Source: Calditrichia bacterium
GTDB taxonomy: Bacteria; Calditrichota; Calditrichia; JAJRVZ01
DNA: 64,000 nt
Assembly (NCBI GenBank): GCA_963796965.1
Contig: CAWCNS010000007.1
Location: 96,001-160,000 of the forward strand
Direction of reading: 5' to 3'
The position numbers and the translations under genes were made by a program. This document shows positions 1 through 10,309 of the stretch, in pieces (position 1 is the stretch's first letter; each line of letters starts with the position of its first letter). The notes below the pieces were generated by a model. The model saw nothing but the letters and a program-made list of their open reading frames with translations, searched no databases and was not told the DNA's origin.

Positions 1-1407
1 GATCTGATTGATAAATCTGGTATCGCGGCCTGGGCATTCTATAATTGCGAATTTGATGATGATGGTACTTATAAAATTGTCCGCTTTCCAAAGGAATCAA
101 CCGGTCTTGATGTAGAATTTAAGATAGATGGAGAGTCCTGGCAAGATATCAAACTAGCCATTGTAGATGAAAATAATCCGGTAATGATTCAATTGAAACT
201 TGATGATTTTGATTTACTTGATAATCTATCCTCAGGTGAGATTGAAAAGGAGTTAACGGTGGACAGGGTTGAATTAGACCGTGCTATTCATCATGGTGTC
301 CGTCGGGCAGCTGGTATTTTACTAGAAAATGCTCGTCCTCCGCAGTTGGATACAACCGAACAAAGATTCGGAAATGCTATATTAACCTTTAAGAATAATA
401 ATCGCATGTTGATCGCAAAGGGATCTCATCGTGAAATCGGAACTGCACATGGTACTTTGTTAAAACCCGAAATTCGTAAAATGATTGACGCGACTTTGTA
501 TACGGTGGGTTGGGTTTATACAGCTGAAAGAAAAAGATGGTTTATCGATGATATGCGGGCTGCCTACAAAAGACTTGAACCATTTATTCCTAAAAAATAT
601 ATAGATGAAATGAATTCAATGTCAGAGGCAACCGGATATTCTATAGAAGAGATAAAATTGACTAATGTCTTCCCGGCTCTTTTTCATTGCTCTGGGTTTG
701 CCTTGTTTGGTGAATCGACTCAAAATGGTAGACTTTATCATGGAAGAGTTTTGGATTATATGACTGGAATAGGTCTTCAGCATCATGCGGTGGTATTTGC
801 TCTAAAACCTGAAGGAAGTAATGGCTTTGTAAATATTGGCTATGCAGGATTTGTTGGATCAGTTTCTGGAATGAATGACAAACAAGTGGCTTTTGGTGAG
901 ATGGGTGGACGGGGAGAAGGTGATTGGGATGGTATGCCAATGGCATTTCTGATGCGTGATGGTCTTGAAAGAACAAAAAGCCTTGAGGAGGCTATATCCC
1001 TGTTTCGTGATACACCGAGAACCTGTGAGTACTTTTATGTGATTTCGGATGGGAAAATTCCCGATGCCCGTGGCTTATCTACGACGCCAAGCCGATTTGA
1101 AATTGTAGAACCCGGTAAGTTCCATGAGCAGCTTCAACATCCTGTCCGGGACGCTGTCCTGATGTCAGCCGGTGATCGTTATGAAAAATTAGCGGAGCGC
1201 GTACAAGAAAATTTTGCAAAAATAGGATCTGAGGAAGCCATTCACTTAATGGATAGACCAGTAGCGATGAAGAGTAATCTGCATAATGTCTTATTTGCGC
1301 CTCAAACTTTAGAATTCTGGGTCGCAAATGCCGGTTCTAATACCCCCGCGGCAAACGAGCCCTACACACATTATTCCTTAGCAGAATTGCTTGGGATGAT
1401 TAATTAA
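1..1407 (+). CDS. C45-family NTN-hydrolase (acyl-CoA:6-APA acyltransferase-like), 5'-partial
   Basis: The frame of ORF 184-1407 is open back to base 1. It has GSHREIGTAHG, an autoproteolytic Cys in FHCSGF, HGRVLDY and GMNDKQV. Confidence 0.8.
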   Translation, partial: DLIDKSGIAAWAFYNCEFDDDGTYKIVRFPKESTGLDVEFKIDGESWQDIKLAIVDENNPVMIQLKLDDFDLLDNLSSGEIEKELTVDRVELDRAIHHGVRRAAGILLENARPPQLDTTEQRFGNAILTFKNNNRMLIAKGSHREIGTAHGTLLKPEIRKMIDATLYTVGWVYTAERKRWFIDDMRAAYKRLEPFIPKKYIDEMNSMSEATGYSIEEIKLTNVFPALFHCSGFALFGESTQNGRLYHGRVLDYMTGIGLQHHAVVFALKPEGSNGFVNIGYAGFVGSVSGMNDKQVAFGEMGGRGEGDWDGMPMAFLMRDGLERTKSLEEAISLFRDTPRTCEYFYVISDGKIPDARGLSTTPSRFEIVEPGKFHEQLQHPVRDAVLMSAGDRYEKLAERVQENFAKIGSEEAIHLMDRPVAMKSNLHNVLFAPQTLEFWVANAGSNTPAANEPYTHYSLAELLGMIN

Positions 1408-1428
1408 AGTCCTTAATAAAATGTTTGT

Positions 1429-1526
1429 TTAACCACAAAGTTCACAAAGAAGGCACAAAGATCTCAAAGATATTATATATTATTTCTCTGTGAACTTTGT
1501 GCCTACTTGGAGTTCTTTGTGTTTAA
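1429..1526. repeat. Intergenic inverted-repeat element, family A (CACAAAG units)
   Basis: Left arm AACCACAAAGTTCACAAAGAAGGCACAAAGATCTCAAAG, AT-rich core, right arm CTCTGTGAACTTTGTGCC...CTTTGTGTTT. Confidence 0.85.
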
Positions 1527-1556
1527 AGAGAATGAACGACAGGTAAAATTTAGAAA

Positions 1557-3347
1557 ATGAAATCAAATTTTCTTAATAGAATTCCACTTTGGCTCAGAAT
1601 TATTCTGGCCAGCCTGCTATTCCTATTCATTTTAATCTATTTCTACCTGCTGCTTCCTTTTTGGGGGGTGCCCTTTAACGCCCAACGTCATGGAAATCCA
1701 CCGCTTACACCTGCCTGGGCATTGGAATGCTGGTTATGGGAAGATGATGTGAATACGGCGGAATATGTGGATGAACTCCTTGCCGGATACAGAAAACATG
1801 ATATCCCTGTCCGCACAATACTTCTTGATAGCCCATGGAGTTTGCGTTATAATGATTTTATCGTTGATGAAAGTCGTTATCCGGATCCGGCAAATTGGTT
1901 TAAAAGTCTGCAAAATCAGGATTATAGAGTTGTCCTTTGGATGACAAGTATGGTTAATTCCAAAAACAAAGATACGGCCATTATCGATGATCCTGATTGG
2001 GTTAATTCAGCAAAAAGTAGGGGTTTTCTCACTGGAAAAGGGGCAGAGATAAAATGGTGGAAAGGGAGAGGGGGCTTTATTGATTATACAAATCCCGAAG
2101 CAATGGCATGGTGGCGGAAAATACAACAAAAAGTCTTTGATTATGGCATCGATGGATGGAAGTTAGATGGCACAGCAACATTGCCCTGGAGTACGTTGGG
2201 CTCATTACCCTGGTTTTACCACAGCACCTTTAGCGGATGTATGACGACAAGAACCTATATGGATCATTATTACAGGGACGAATATCATCATGGACTTAAA
2301 CAAAATCCAGAATTCGTGACACTTGTTCGATCAATTGATCGACCTTATATACATCCGGAAGGTTTTGCTCCCATTGATGCCGCTCCGGTAACCTGGGTTG
2401 GCGATCAGCGTCATTCCTGGAAATCATCTGGTAATTTGCGATCCTCGTCCGAAGATGATGTGGATCTGGTTATGGATGGCATTGAGGGAATTGAGATGGC
2501 CATAGAGAATATATTAGCTGCTGCTCAGTTGGGTTATAATGTCATTGGTTCAGATGTGGCCGGATTCTCTGGCCGGATAATCCCACCGCGCTTATATATA
2601 CGCTGGGCGCAATTTTCTGCATTTTGTGGACTCTTTCTAAATGGTGGACATGGGGAGAGAGCTTTATGGAAACGAAGTAGGCAAGAGTTAAAAATAATCC
2701 GTAAATTTGCCTGGCTTCATACTGAACTAATCCCCTATATGTATAGTTATATAGTGGAAGGACATAGGGGGGGTAATGTATTACAGCGTCCGGTTGATGG
2801 GAAGTATCACTACCTCTTTGGTGAATATCTATTAATTGCACCTATTTACGAGGATTCGCAGACACGAATTGTGGATCTTCCTGAGGGGGAATGGCGTTAT
2901 CTATTTAACGATCATGAATTAATTGAGGGATCATCAACCATTGAACGTGCGTTTCCGCTTGATGAATATCCAGTCTATGTGCGTGAAGGGGCGATTATTC
3001 CGTTAAAGGTAACCAGACCCTATACAGGTTTTGGAGATTCGACATCAGCTGGATATTTGACGATTCTGCTTTATCCCGGTAAGGATTCATCTTTCCTGTA
3101 TTATCAACCAGATGGCAAGAGATTGACTACTATCTCTGTTAGAAAAGAGAAAGATAATCTTGAGATAAGTCTGGCTGGCGATAAGATTCCACATCTGTTG
3201 AGAATTTATAGGGAGAGTGAACCTCAGGAAGTGATACTTGATGGTGGGGTTTTGGAGAAGGGTAAGAGCTGGCAATTTGTCTCTGATGATAACCGCCTGA
3301 TTATGAAAACAGATGCGTACGGGCAGGGTAATTATGTTATTCGCTGA
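1557..3347 (+). CDS. Glycoside hydrolase family 31, N-terminal membrane anchor
   Basis: HDIPVRTILLDSPW, nucleophile region GIDGWKLDG, WVGDQ, GSDVAGF, LYIRWAQF, YLFGEYLLIAPI. Confidence 0.85.
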   Translation: MKSNFLNRIPLWLRIILASLLFLFILIYFYLLLPFWGVPFNAQRHGNPPLTPAWALECWLWEDDVNTAEYVDELLAGYRKHDIPVRTILLDSPWSLRYNDFIVDESRYPDPANWFKSLQNQDYRVVLWMTSMVNSKNKDTAIIDDPDWVNSAKSRGFLTGKGAEIKWWKGRGGFIDYTNPEAMAWWRKIQQKVFDYGIDGWKLDGTATLPWSTLGSLPWFYHSTFSGCMTTRTYMDHYYRDEYHHGLKQNPEFVTLVRSIDRPYIHPEGFAPIDAAPVTWVGDQRHSWKSSGNLRSSSEDDVDLVMDGIEGIEMAIENILAAAQLGYNVIGSDVAGFSGRIIPPRLYIRWAQFSAFCGLFLNGGHGERALWKRSRQELKIIRKFAWLHTELIPYMYSYIVEGHRGGNVLQRPVDGKYHYLFGEYLLIAPIYEDSQTRIVDLPEGEWRYLFNDHELIEGSSTIERAFPLDEYPVYVREGAIIPLKVTRPYTGFGDSTSAGYLTILLYPGKDSSFLYYQPDGKRLTTISVRKEKDNLEISLAGDKIPHLLRIYRESEPQEVILDGGVLEKGKSWQFVSDDNRLIMKTDAYGQGNYVIR

Positions 3348-3651
3348 TTGGGTATGGATAGTCACAGATTTCGTTGTTTTACAGTATAAGTGTGTTGTCG
3401 TGTAACCTTAATAGGGGCTGTTGCAGATTCGGATATTTACCTCAAACCGCAAGGGAGCAAAGGCCTGTTTCCCCTTTGGAAAGGGGGAACAAATTTTGCT
3501 TATTCGATAAAAAAGTCAGTTCTGGCTAATTACAGCCTATACTCCAAACTTCGGAAACTTAGATGTTGTTATTTGATAACTTTTAAATTCATAAATTAAC
3601 CAGGTTTAATTGGTTTAACTGTATAGGAAAAATAAAAGAAAGGATTCTTAT

Positions 3652-6619
3652 ATGTTAGTTCGTGTTTTTAGTTTATTTATGATGGTTTTATTCTTAATGA
3701 ATTCAAACCTCAATGCAGATGGGAAACTATTGCGGGGCGAGGTTTGGAAAAAGTTCAGCTATGAAGGAAAAAAAGCGGATTTTTATGTATCTATAAAGGG
3801 AAATGATGATTGGTCCGGTACCTTAGCTGAACCAAATTCTAAAAAAACAGATGGCCCTTTTGCAACGATTGAGCGTGCTATGTCGGCTGTTCGGGAATTG
3901 AAACAGAAAGTCTATAAACCAAAAGTTGAGCCGGTAGAGAAAAGATATATTGGATCAGACCATCAGCTTGGTGAAGGAAAAGATATCCTTGTATATATTC
4001 GTGAAGGTTATTATCCATTGGAGAATCCTCTCGAATTTACACCGGATGATGGGGGCGAGCGTGTACAAACAAATCTCCCAACGGGTGCTTTTGAATATCA
4101 TAAACTTAAGGATCAATATGTAACCTATGCTGCTTATCCTGGTGAGAAACCAGTTATCCTGGGTGGGAAGTTAATTACATCCTGGAAGAAAAAGAATGAT
4201 CATTGGGTAAGCAAACCTGATATGAAGGAAGTAAAATCATTGGTAGCTGATGGTGTGATGCAGCCCCTGGCCCGCATACCAAATTCTGGGTTTTTTAAAC
4301 CTGCCGAACTCCCCAAGACGAAGCAATCTTTCAAATACCGGAAAGGAGATATAGAAAACTGGCCGGACATGGAGGATAACAGGATTATTATGCTGCTCCG
4401 CTGGCATACCGGTCATAATTCAATTGCACGTATTGATGAAACCAACCAAACAATCCATTTAAGCGAGCCTCAAAAAGGTATTGTGGTTGTCCCACCCCGC
4501 TATTATATAGAAAATGTTAAATCTCTTCTGGATGGTCCTGGCGAGTGGTTTTTTGACAAGAATTCAGGAGAATTATCATTTATCCCTCCAATCGGGATCC
4601 AGGATCCTAAAGAACTTTTCTGCATCGCTCCGGCGCTGGACCAAATTCTGGTCGTTAGCGGTAACCGTGAAAAGCCGGTCCGGAATCTTCGATTTTATGG
4701 ATTAAGTTTTGAAGGAGTTAATGCCGGTAAAGCGGCAATCAATTTTGAGTATGCTCATAATTGTGAACTTGTTGACTCAAAATTAACAGCCATGTCCGGA
4801 AAAGGTGTTGCCTTAGGGCTTGGAAGTTATCAGAATAAAATTCTCTATAATACTATTACAGATATCGGCAGCAGTGCTATTTCGGTCGAAGGTGCGCCTC
4901 ATCCGGAATACTGGATGGATATCATCCGTGAAACTGTAATTTCCTATAATTATGTTGAAAATGCCGGTGGTAGCAGCATCTCTGACCATAATACACTCAA
5001 CTCAATTATTTCACACAATGAAGTAACCAATAACCATGGGCGGACCGGGATTTCCGTTGGAGGATGGAGAAATCTGGAAGAAGCCATCACAGGTGGTTAC
5101 CGCGTAGAATATAATCATGTTCACCATGTACAATCGCGTGCCGATGATTCCGGTGCCATCACGACTTCCGGGATGACGTATGATTCATGGGTGCGAAATA
5201 ATCTGATACATCACGTAAAAGCCGGTTATTTTAATAATAATGTGGCAATATGGTTTGATAATATGTCCTCGGGATGGCGCGCAGAAGATAATATCCTTTA
5301 TAATCTTGAGCAGGATGATATGAAACTGTGTGCCGCTAATCTGGTGGATAATCTCTATCTCTTAAATTTCCCCATCGAACCACCGATAAATGAACCGGAA
5401 GGGATTATTAACGGCAAACCTGATTTTGTCATAGATGATCTCCAGGTGGTGAGTGCTGTTACAGCTTCAGGAAAGGAATTGGTTACAGGAGACTATATTC
5501 AGGTAAATGCGAGGGTAACCAACAAGGGTGCGACAGGAATTGAAACAATTGATCTCTACGTGGATGGCAAAAAGGAGCAAGCTGAAAAAAATTCCGGTAA
5601 TCCACAATAATTCACGCACCATTTCATTTCAGACAAGATTTGTGGAGCCAGGCGAGCATAAGGTTGCCATTGGTACGACACCATACAAAATTATAAATCT
5701 TGAGGGCGACAGACCTCCGGCTTTATTTGACTCTCTTATGTTATCCGGGTATTTCTTACCTGCAGGTGATGAGGTTTTGATCTCCGGTGTTGTTGAGAAT
5801 GTCCAGAAAAGCAAATCTTCTGTTATAGCAGAGTTGAAAATCAACAACAAAGTTGTCGAATCGACAGAAGTGTCCATAGAGCCCGGTATAACCAAACAAA
5901 TTAGATTCAGGCAGAATCTGGACCCGGGGCAATACATGATAAGTATTGGAAATACACCACCGGTTCGTCTGGAGGTTTACCCGCATAATAAGATCAACAT
6001 AGCCACAGTGAAAATGAAACAATACTGTTCAGGCACGGCTGATCCTTGTTCTTTTGATGTAGATCAGAAAGCGAATAAATTCAAGTTGGAAACAGCTGGA
6101 ACTGATTTTATGCATGGAGAGGATTCATACGGAACTGCCTATTTGGAAAAGCCTATCAAAGGTAATTTCGTAGCAACAGTAAAGGTGAAGAAATTTCCAA
6201 ACCGAACACATCAGTGGTTCCGGGCGGGTCTTTTTGTTCGAAATGATATGGAAAAGAGTTTTGACACGGGTGAAGCGAGTCTCGGCTCTGTCTTATGGTT
6301 TGTAACTCCAGGCCGGGTGGGTATGAACTGGGATAGGTATGGAAATGGTGCGATGCATTGGGCGAGCAGTGAGAACCATAAAACGATAGATCCCGATATG
6401 ATGTGGTTGAAGCTTGTTCGTCATGGTAATAAATTTTCTGGTTTCGTAAGTTATGACGGTGAAAATTGGACTGTCTCACGTCAAACAGAGGAAATCCCGG
6501 GAGTTGCAGATGCTGTCCATCTCGGCCTAGCGGCAGGTGGCTGTGATGAAAAGATTTATACCGTTGAATTTGAGGATTTCCAGGTCGAAGTTGAAGAGGA
6601 TGGCTGGAAACTGCGATGA
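3652..6619 (+). CDS. Secreted right-handed beta-helix protein (GH141-like N-terminus) with CARDB/Ig-like and C-terminal beta-sandwich domains; split by a frameshift near 5570-5591
   Basis: Signal peptide, FYVSIKGNDDWSG..DGPFATIERA, YYIENV..LDGPGEWF and parallel beta-helix repeats. ORFs 3652-5610 and 5528-6619 overlap at an A7 run and read as one protein. Confidence 0.7.
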
Positions 6620-6627
6620 AGTGATTG

Positions 6628-6784
6628 TCTCGCGCAGCGACGCAACGCCGCAGAGAAAAGCAATAAAAAATAAATAATACAAAATAAAAAAAGCATTAAT
6701 TTCATGGTTGTCGAATAGTTCTTTATTAAAATTTTGTGTAATTCGTGGATAAAAAACACTGCGTCGCTGCGGCGCTGCGTGAGA
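6628..6784. repeat. Intergenic inverted-repeat element, family B (CGCAG units)
   Basis: TCTCGCGCAGCGACGCAACGCCGCAGAG ... CTGCGTCGCTGCGGCGCTGCGTGAGA flanking an AT-rich core. Confidence 0.85.
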
Positions 6785-6809
6785 TAATATATATCGAAGA
6801 AAGAGAAAA

Positions 6810-7898
6810 ATGACATCAAAAGAACGTGTTTATAATGCCTTAAATAAAAAGCCTGTGGATCGTGTGCCAATCTACATGTGGTATCATCCCGGCACTAGCA
6901 GGCGTTTGGCTAAACTTCTTGAGATACCTGAAAAATACGTGTCTCTGGCCCTTGGTGATGATATTAAACAGACCTGGACACATAATAATTATGCCATGGA
7001 AAATGTACCTCTTAAAGAAGGAGAAATGTATAAAGATGAATGGGGTCTGGTATGGACAAGGCAGGGTGATTTTAATCAAATCCATGAATACCCTCTTGCT
7101 CAGTCATCGGATGAAGAAATTTTAAATTACCAATTTCCTTATGATCGGGTCGAAAGATTAAATGATTTTATGATACCGGTGATAGAAAACCGTGGTGATT
7201 ACTTTATTGGTTGTGATATCTCTCCCTGTGTATTTGAGATGTTCTGGCGATTGCGTGGTCTTGAAAATACTATGTTTGATTTGATTGGACAAAGTGAGGC
7301 GACTCTGAAATTGTTGCAAGACTGTGCAGATTTCTCAATTGCCCTCGCCGAGGCAGCAATGAATAAATATAACCTCGATTGGGTCTGGACAGGTGATGAT
7401 GCCGGTTCTCAGGATAACATGCTTATGAGTCCGGAGATGTGGCGGGCATTAATCAAGCCTGGCTTAAAAAATATATTCGACACGATCAAAACAGGTAATA
7501 AAATTGTTGCTTTCCACTCTTGTGGCGCCATTCGCCCCATAATCGATGATCTGATTGAGATAGGCATCGAAGTGCTTAATCCCATTCAACCGAACTGTCC
7601 GGGTATGAATCCCCTTGATCTCAAAAAAGAATATGGTGCAGATATTGCGTTTATGGGTGGTGTGGATACACAGGGCGTTGTTCCCAATGGCAGTGTTGAT
7701 GATGTTTATAAGACTACTAAGGAACTGGTTGAGGGCATGACGGCTGATGGTGGCGGTTACATCCTTGCTGCAGCCCATACGGTACCACCGGAAACCCCCG
7801 ATGATAATATTTTTGCCATGTATGATGCCGCAGGTGTTTCTAAAGAATCAATTTTTGATATGGCGGCGGATATACGGCAGCGTGTGTCAATATTGTAG
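6810..7898 (+). CDS. Uroporphyrinogen decarboxylase-like / MtaA-CmuA family protein
   Basis: MTSKERV..KPVDRVP, DEWG, GDDAGSQ..LMSPEMWR, FHSCG, LNPIQ, GGVDTQ, GGYILAAAHTVPPETP. Confidence 0.85.
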   Translation: MTSKERVYNALNKKPVDRVPIYMWYHPGTSRRLAKLLEIPEKYVSLALGDDIKQTWTHNNYAMENVPLKEGEMYKDEWGLVWTRQGDFNQIHEYPLAQSSDEEILNYQFPYDRVERLNDFMIPVIENRGDYFIGCDISPCVFEMFWRLRGLENTMFDLIGQSEATLKLLQDCADFSIALAEAAMNKYNLDWVWTGDDAGSQDNMLMSPEMWRALIKPGLKNIFDTIKTGNKIVAFHSCGAIRPIIDDLIEIGIEVLNPIQPNCPGMNPLDLKKEYGADIAFMGGVDTQGVVPNGSVDDVYKTTKELVEGMTADGGGYILAAAHTVPPETPDDNIFAMYDAAGVSKESIFDMAADIRQRVSIL

Positions 7899-8023
7899 CG
7901 ACGCACGGCTGTGCGTCTGATTGGTGAGAGAAGAGGGTAGAGAGTAATTTGTAGAGAGTTGAGGGTCGAGAGTACAGGAAGCGGAAAGCGAAGAAAGTAG
8001 CGACGCACGGCCGTGCGTCTGAT
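7895..8023 (+). repeat. Two direct copies of a GTAG-type REP-like palindrome
   Basis: GTAGCGACGCACGGC(T/C)GTGCGTCTGAT at 7895-7921 and 7997-8023. The first copy overlaps the TAG stop of the upstream gene. Confidence 0.85.
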
Positions 8024-8054
8024 CGCAAAGCGAAAATAAAAAAGGAAACTAATC

Positions 8055-10112
8055 GTGAAATTTGTTCTACTGATAATTATGATTTTTATTGGTGTGATTC
8101 TGTCGTCTTGTAACGATTCTGATAGTGATGTTGTCTTTTATGATAATTTTGACCGACAATTACGCGGTCCACTGAGCACACATCTTGGAGCTCATACGGA
8201 GTATCATTACTTGCCAGTCGCAGCGCCAAAAGGGGATTGGGCAGTCTCTAATTACAGGGGCTGGTGGAGTCTGCGGAAAACAAACGATGAGGCTTATCTT
8301 CACCAGAGTAAAATTGACAAAGCGATGTATACACATCCTATGGTTGTTGCCGGTGATGCTTTATGGGAGAATTATAATGTTTCAGTTACCTTTGTCCCTG
8401 AGTCAAATGAGTTTCAAAGTGGCGTTGTCTTGAGGTACCAAAATGACAGATGTTATTACTTCTTCGGGATTCATGGTGATAAAGTGGTCTTAAAAGTGGT
8501 AAATCATGCCATCGGATTTCATGAACCTGATGAGAAAATACTGGCGCAGGCTGACTATACCTGGCAAACGGAAAGTATATTGAAGGCCAATGTAAAATTA
8601 GAGGGTGATGATATACATGCTGAGCTGGAGAATATTGCGGTTCTGGAGGCAACAGACGCCACCTTTAAAAGGGGAAAGGTGGCACTAACTGCCGATGTTC
8701 CGGCAAGATTCACGGAAATATCCGTGTCAATGTCTAAAGAAAATAAAAGAAGGTTTACGGAAGCCAGAAAATCTTTCGATGAACTGGAAAGGGACCTGCA
8801 GGCGAAAAATCCAAAACCGGTTCTTTGGAAAAAAATTGAGACAAAAGGATTTGGTGTCGGTAGGAATCTTCGATTTGGCGACCTCAATAATGATGGTGAA
8901 ATTGATGTCTTGATTGGTCAGGTGCTTCATCATGGACCTAAAGATCGTAACAGCGAATTAGGCTGTCTTACGGCTATGACCTTTGATGGTGAAAAATTAT
9001 GGCAGATAGGGAAACCCGATCCGTGGAAGGATTTCCTGACAAATGATGTGGGGTTTCAAATTCATGATATTGACCAGGATGGGCGAAATGAGGTTATTTA
9101 CAGTAAAGATCTTGAATTAATTGTCGCGGATGGTGCAACAGGTAAAACCAGGTATAAATCTCCCACACCCAAAACTCCCGGTGGTAAACCCTATAAAAAT
9201 GAATATAATATATATTCACGAATTCTTGGAGACTGTATTTATTTCTGTGATCTGCGGGGGACCGGTTATGATAGTGATATCATAATTAAAGACCGTTATC
9301 GTAATCTCTGGGCTTATACGGATAAATTAAAACTGCTATGGAAGGCTGAATGTAATACGGGGCATTATCCCTATGCCTATGATGTGGATAATGATGGGAA
9401 AGATGAATTATTGATTGGTTATACGCTGTTTGATGATAATGGTAAAAAATTATGGACGCTTGATGATAAGATTAAGGATCATGCTGATGGGGTAGCCGTT
9501 GTCCAATTTAATAACGGAGAGGAATTGAAAATTCTCTGTGCCGCCAGCGATGAAGGTATGATATTTATCGACATAGAAGGGAAAATTTTAAAGCATCATT
9601 ATCTTGGCCATGTCCAAAATCCGGCTGTGGCTAATTTTCGGGATGATTTGCCCGGGTTAGAAACAGTCTCGATCAATTTTTGGAAAAATCAGGGAATAAT
9701 TAATTATTTCGATTCCAAGGGAGATGTTTATCATAGTTTTGAGCCCAATCAGTTTGGAAGTATGTGTTTACCAATCAACTGGACTGGCCGCTCTGAAGAA
9801 TTTTTTGTTCATAATCCCAATGTGGACGAGGGTGGGATGTTTGATGGTTGGGGAAGAAGAGTGGTTAATTTTCCTGACGATGGTCATCCGGATATGTGCA
9901 ACGCTGTTATGGATATTACCGGGGACTGCCGTGATGAGGTGGTGGTTTGGGATCCTTATGCAATATGGGTTTATACACAGGAAGATAATCCTGTAAAAGG
10001 TAAGTTATATAAACCGGAGAGAAATCCTTTATATAACTATTCAAACTACCAGGCGACCGTATCATTGCCTGGGTATGTCGGAGTAATTTGCAGTCTAAAT
10101 AAGAGAATTTAA
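8055..10112 (+). CDS. Lipoprotein, rhamnogalacturonan lyase (PL11, YesW/YesX)-like beta-propeller with N-terminal lectin-like domain
   Basis: Lipobox LSSC. Repeated Ca-binding loops GDLNNDGEID, HDIDQDGRNE, GHYPYAYDVDNDGKDE and DITGDCRDE, plus DHADG. Confidence 0.6.
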   Translation: MKFVLLIIMIFIGVILSSCNDSDSDVVFYDNFDRQLRGPLSTHLGAHTEYHYLPVAAPKGDWAVSNYRGWWSLRKTNDEAYLHQSKIDKAMYTHPMVVAGDALWENYNVSVTFVPESNEFQSGVVLRYQNDRCYYFFGIHGDKVVLKVVNHAIGFHEPDEKILAQADYTWQTESILKANVKLEGDDIHAELENIAVLEATDATFKRGKVALTADVPARFTEISVSMSKENKRRFTEARKSFDELERDLQAKNPKPVLWKKIETKGFGVGRNLRFGDLNNDGEIDVLIGQVLHHGPKDRNSELGCLTAMTFDGEKLWQIGKPDPWKDFLTNDVGFQIHDIDQDGRNEVIYSKDLELIVADGATGKTRYKSPTPKTPGGKPYKNEYNIYSRILGDCIYFCDLRGTGYDSDIIIKDRYRNLWAYTDKLKLLWKAECNTGHYPYAYDVDNDGKDELLIGYTLFDDNGKKLWTLDDKIKDHADGVAVVQFNNGEELKILCAASDEGMIFIDIEGKILKHHYLGHVQNPAVANFRDDLPGLETVSINFWKNQGIINYFDSKGDVYHSFEPNQFGSMCLPINWTGRSEEFFVHNPNVDEGGMFDGWGRRVVNFPDDGHPDMCNAVMDITGDCRDEVVVWDPYAIWVYTQEDNPVKGKLYKPERNPLYNYSNYQATVSLPGYVGVICSLNKRI

Positions 10113-10179
10113 TGTTATTTATTCCCTGTTCACTTGAGCGAATTTCATTATTTCGTAATTTGATAGAATATAGCAAAGC

Positions 10180-10240
10180 GTCAACCTGAACTTGTTTCAG
10201 GTTCTATGTTACATAGATTCCGAAATAAATTCGGAATGAC
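10180..10240. repeat. 61-bp REP-like doublet (GTCA..TGAC family)
   Basis: GTCAACCTGAACTTGTTTCAGGTTCT-N9-AGATTCCGAAATAAATTCGGAATGAC. Both arms are identical to 52167-52227. Confidence 0.9.
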
Positions 10241-10309
10241 TTTTTTTGATAATTTAAAAATGAGAAAACCTATAATATTTGCTTCACATTAAAACTAAAG
10301 AAAAAACAT

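Noticed and set aside
1429..1526. Family A/B inverted repeats as plain rho-independent terminators
   Set aside because: The arms are 25-40 nt of tandem units separated by long loops, lack consistent U-tracts, and lie inside apparent operons.
3411..3540. Possible MITE (GGGGCTGTTGCA ... TACAGCCT) around a CCCCTTTGGAAAGGGG hairpin
   Set aside because: Terminal complementarity is short and there is only one copy in the window, so it cannot be supported.
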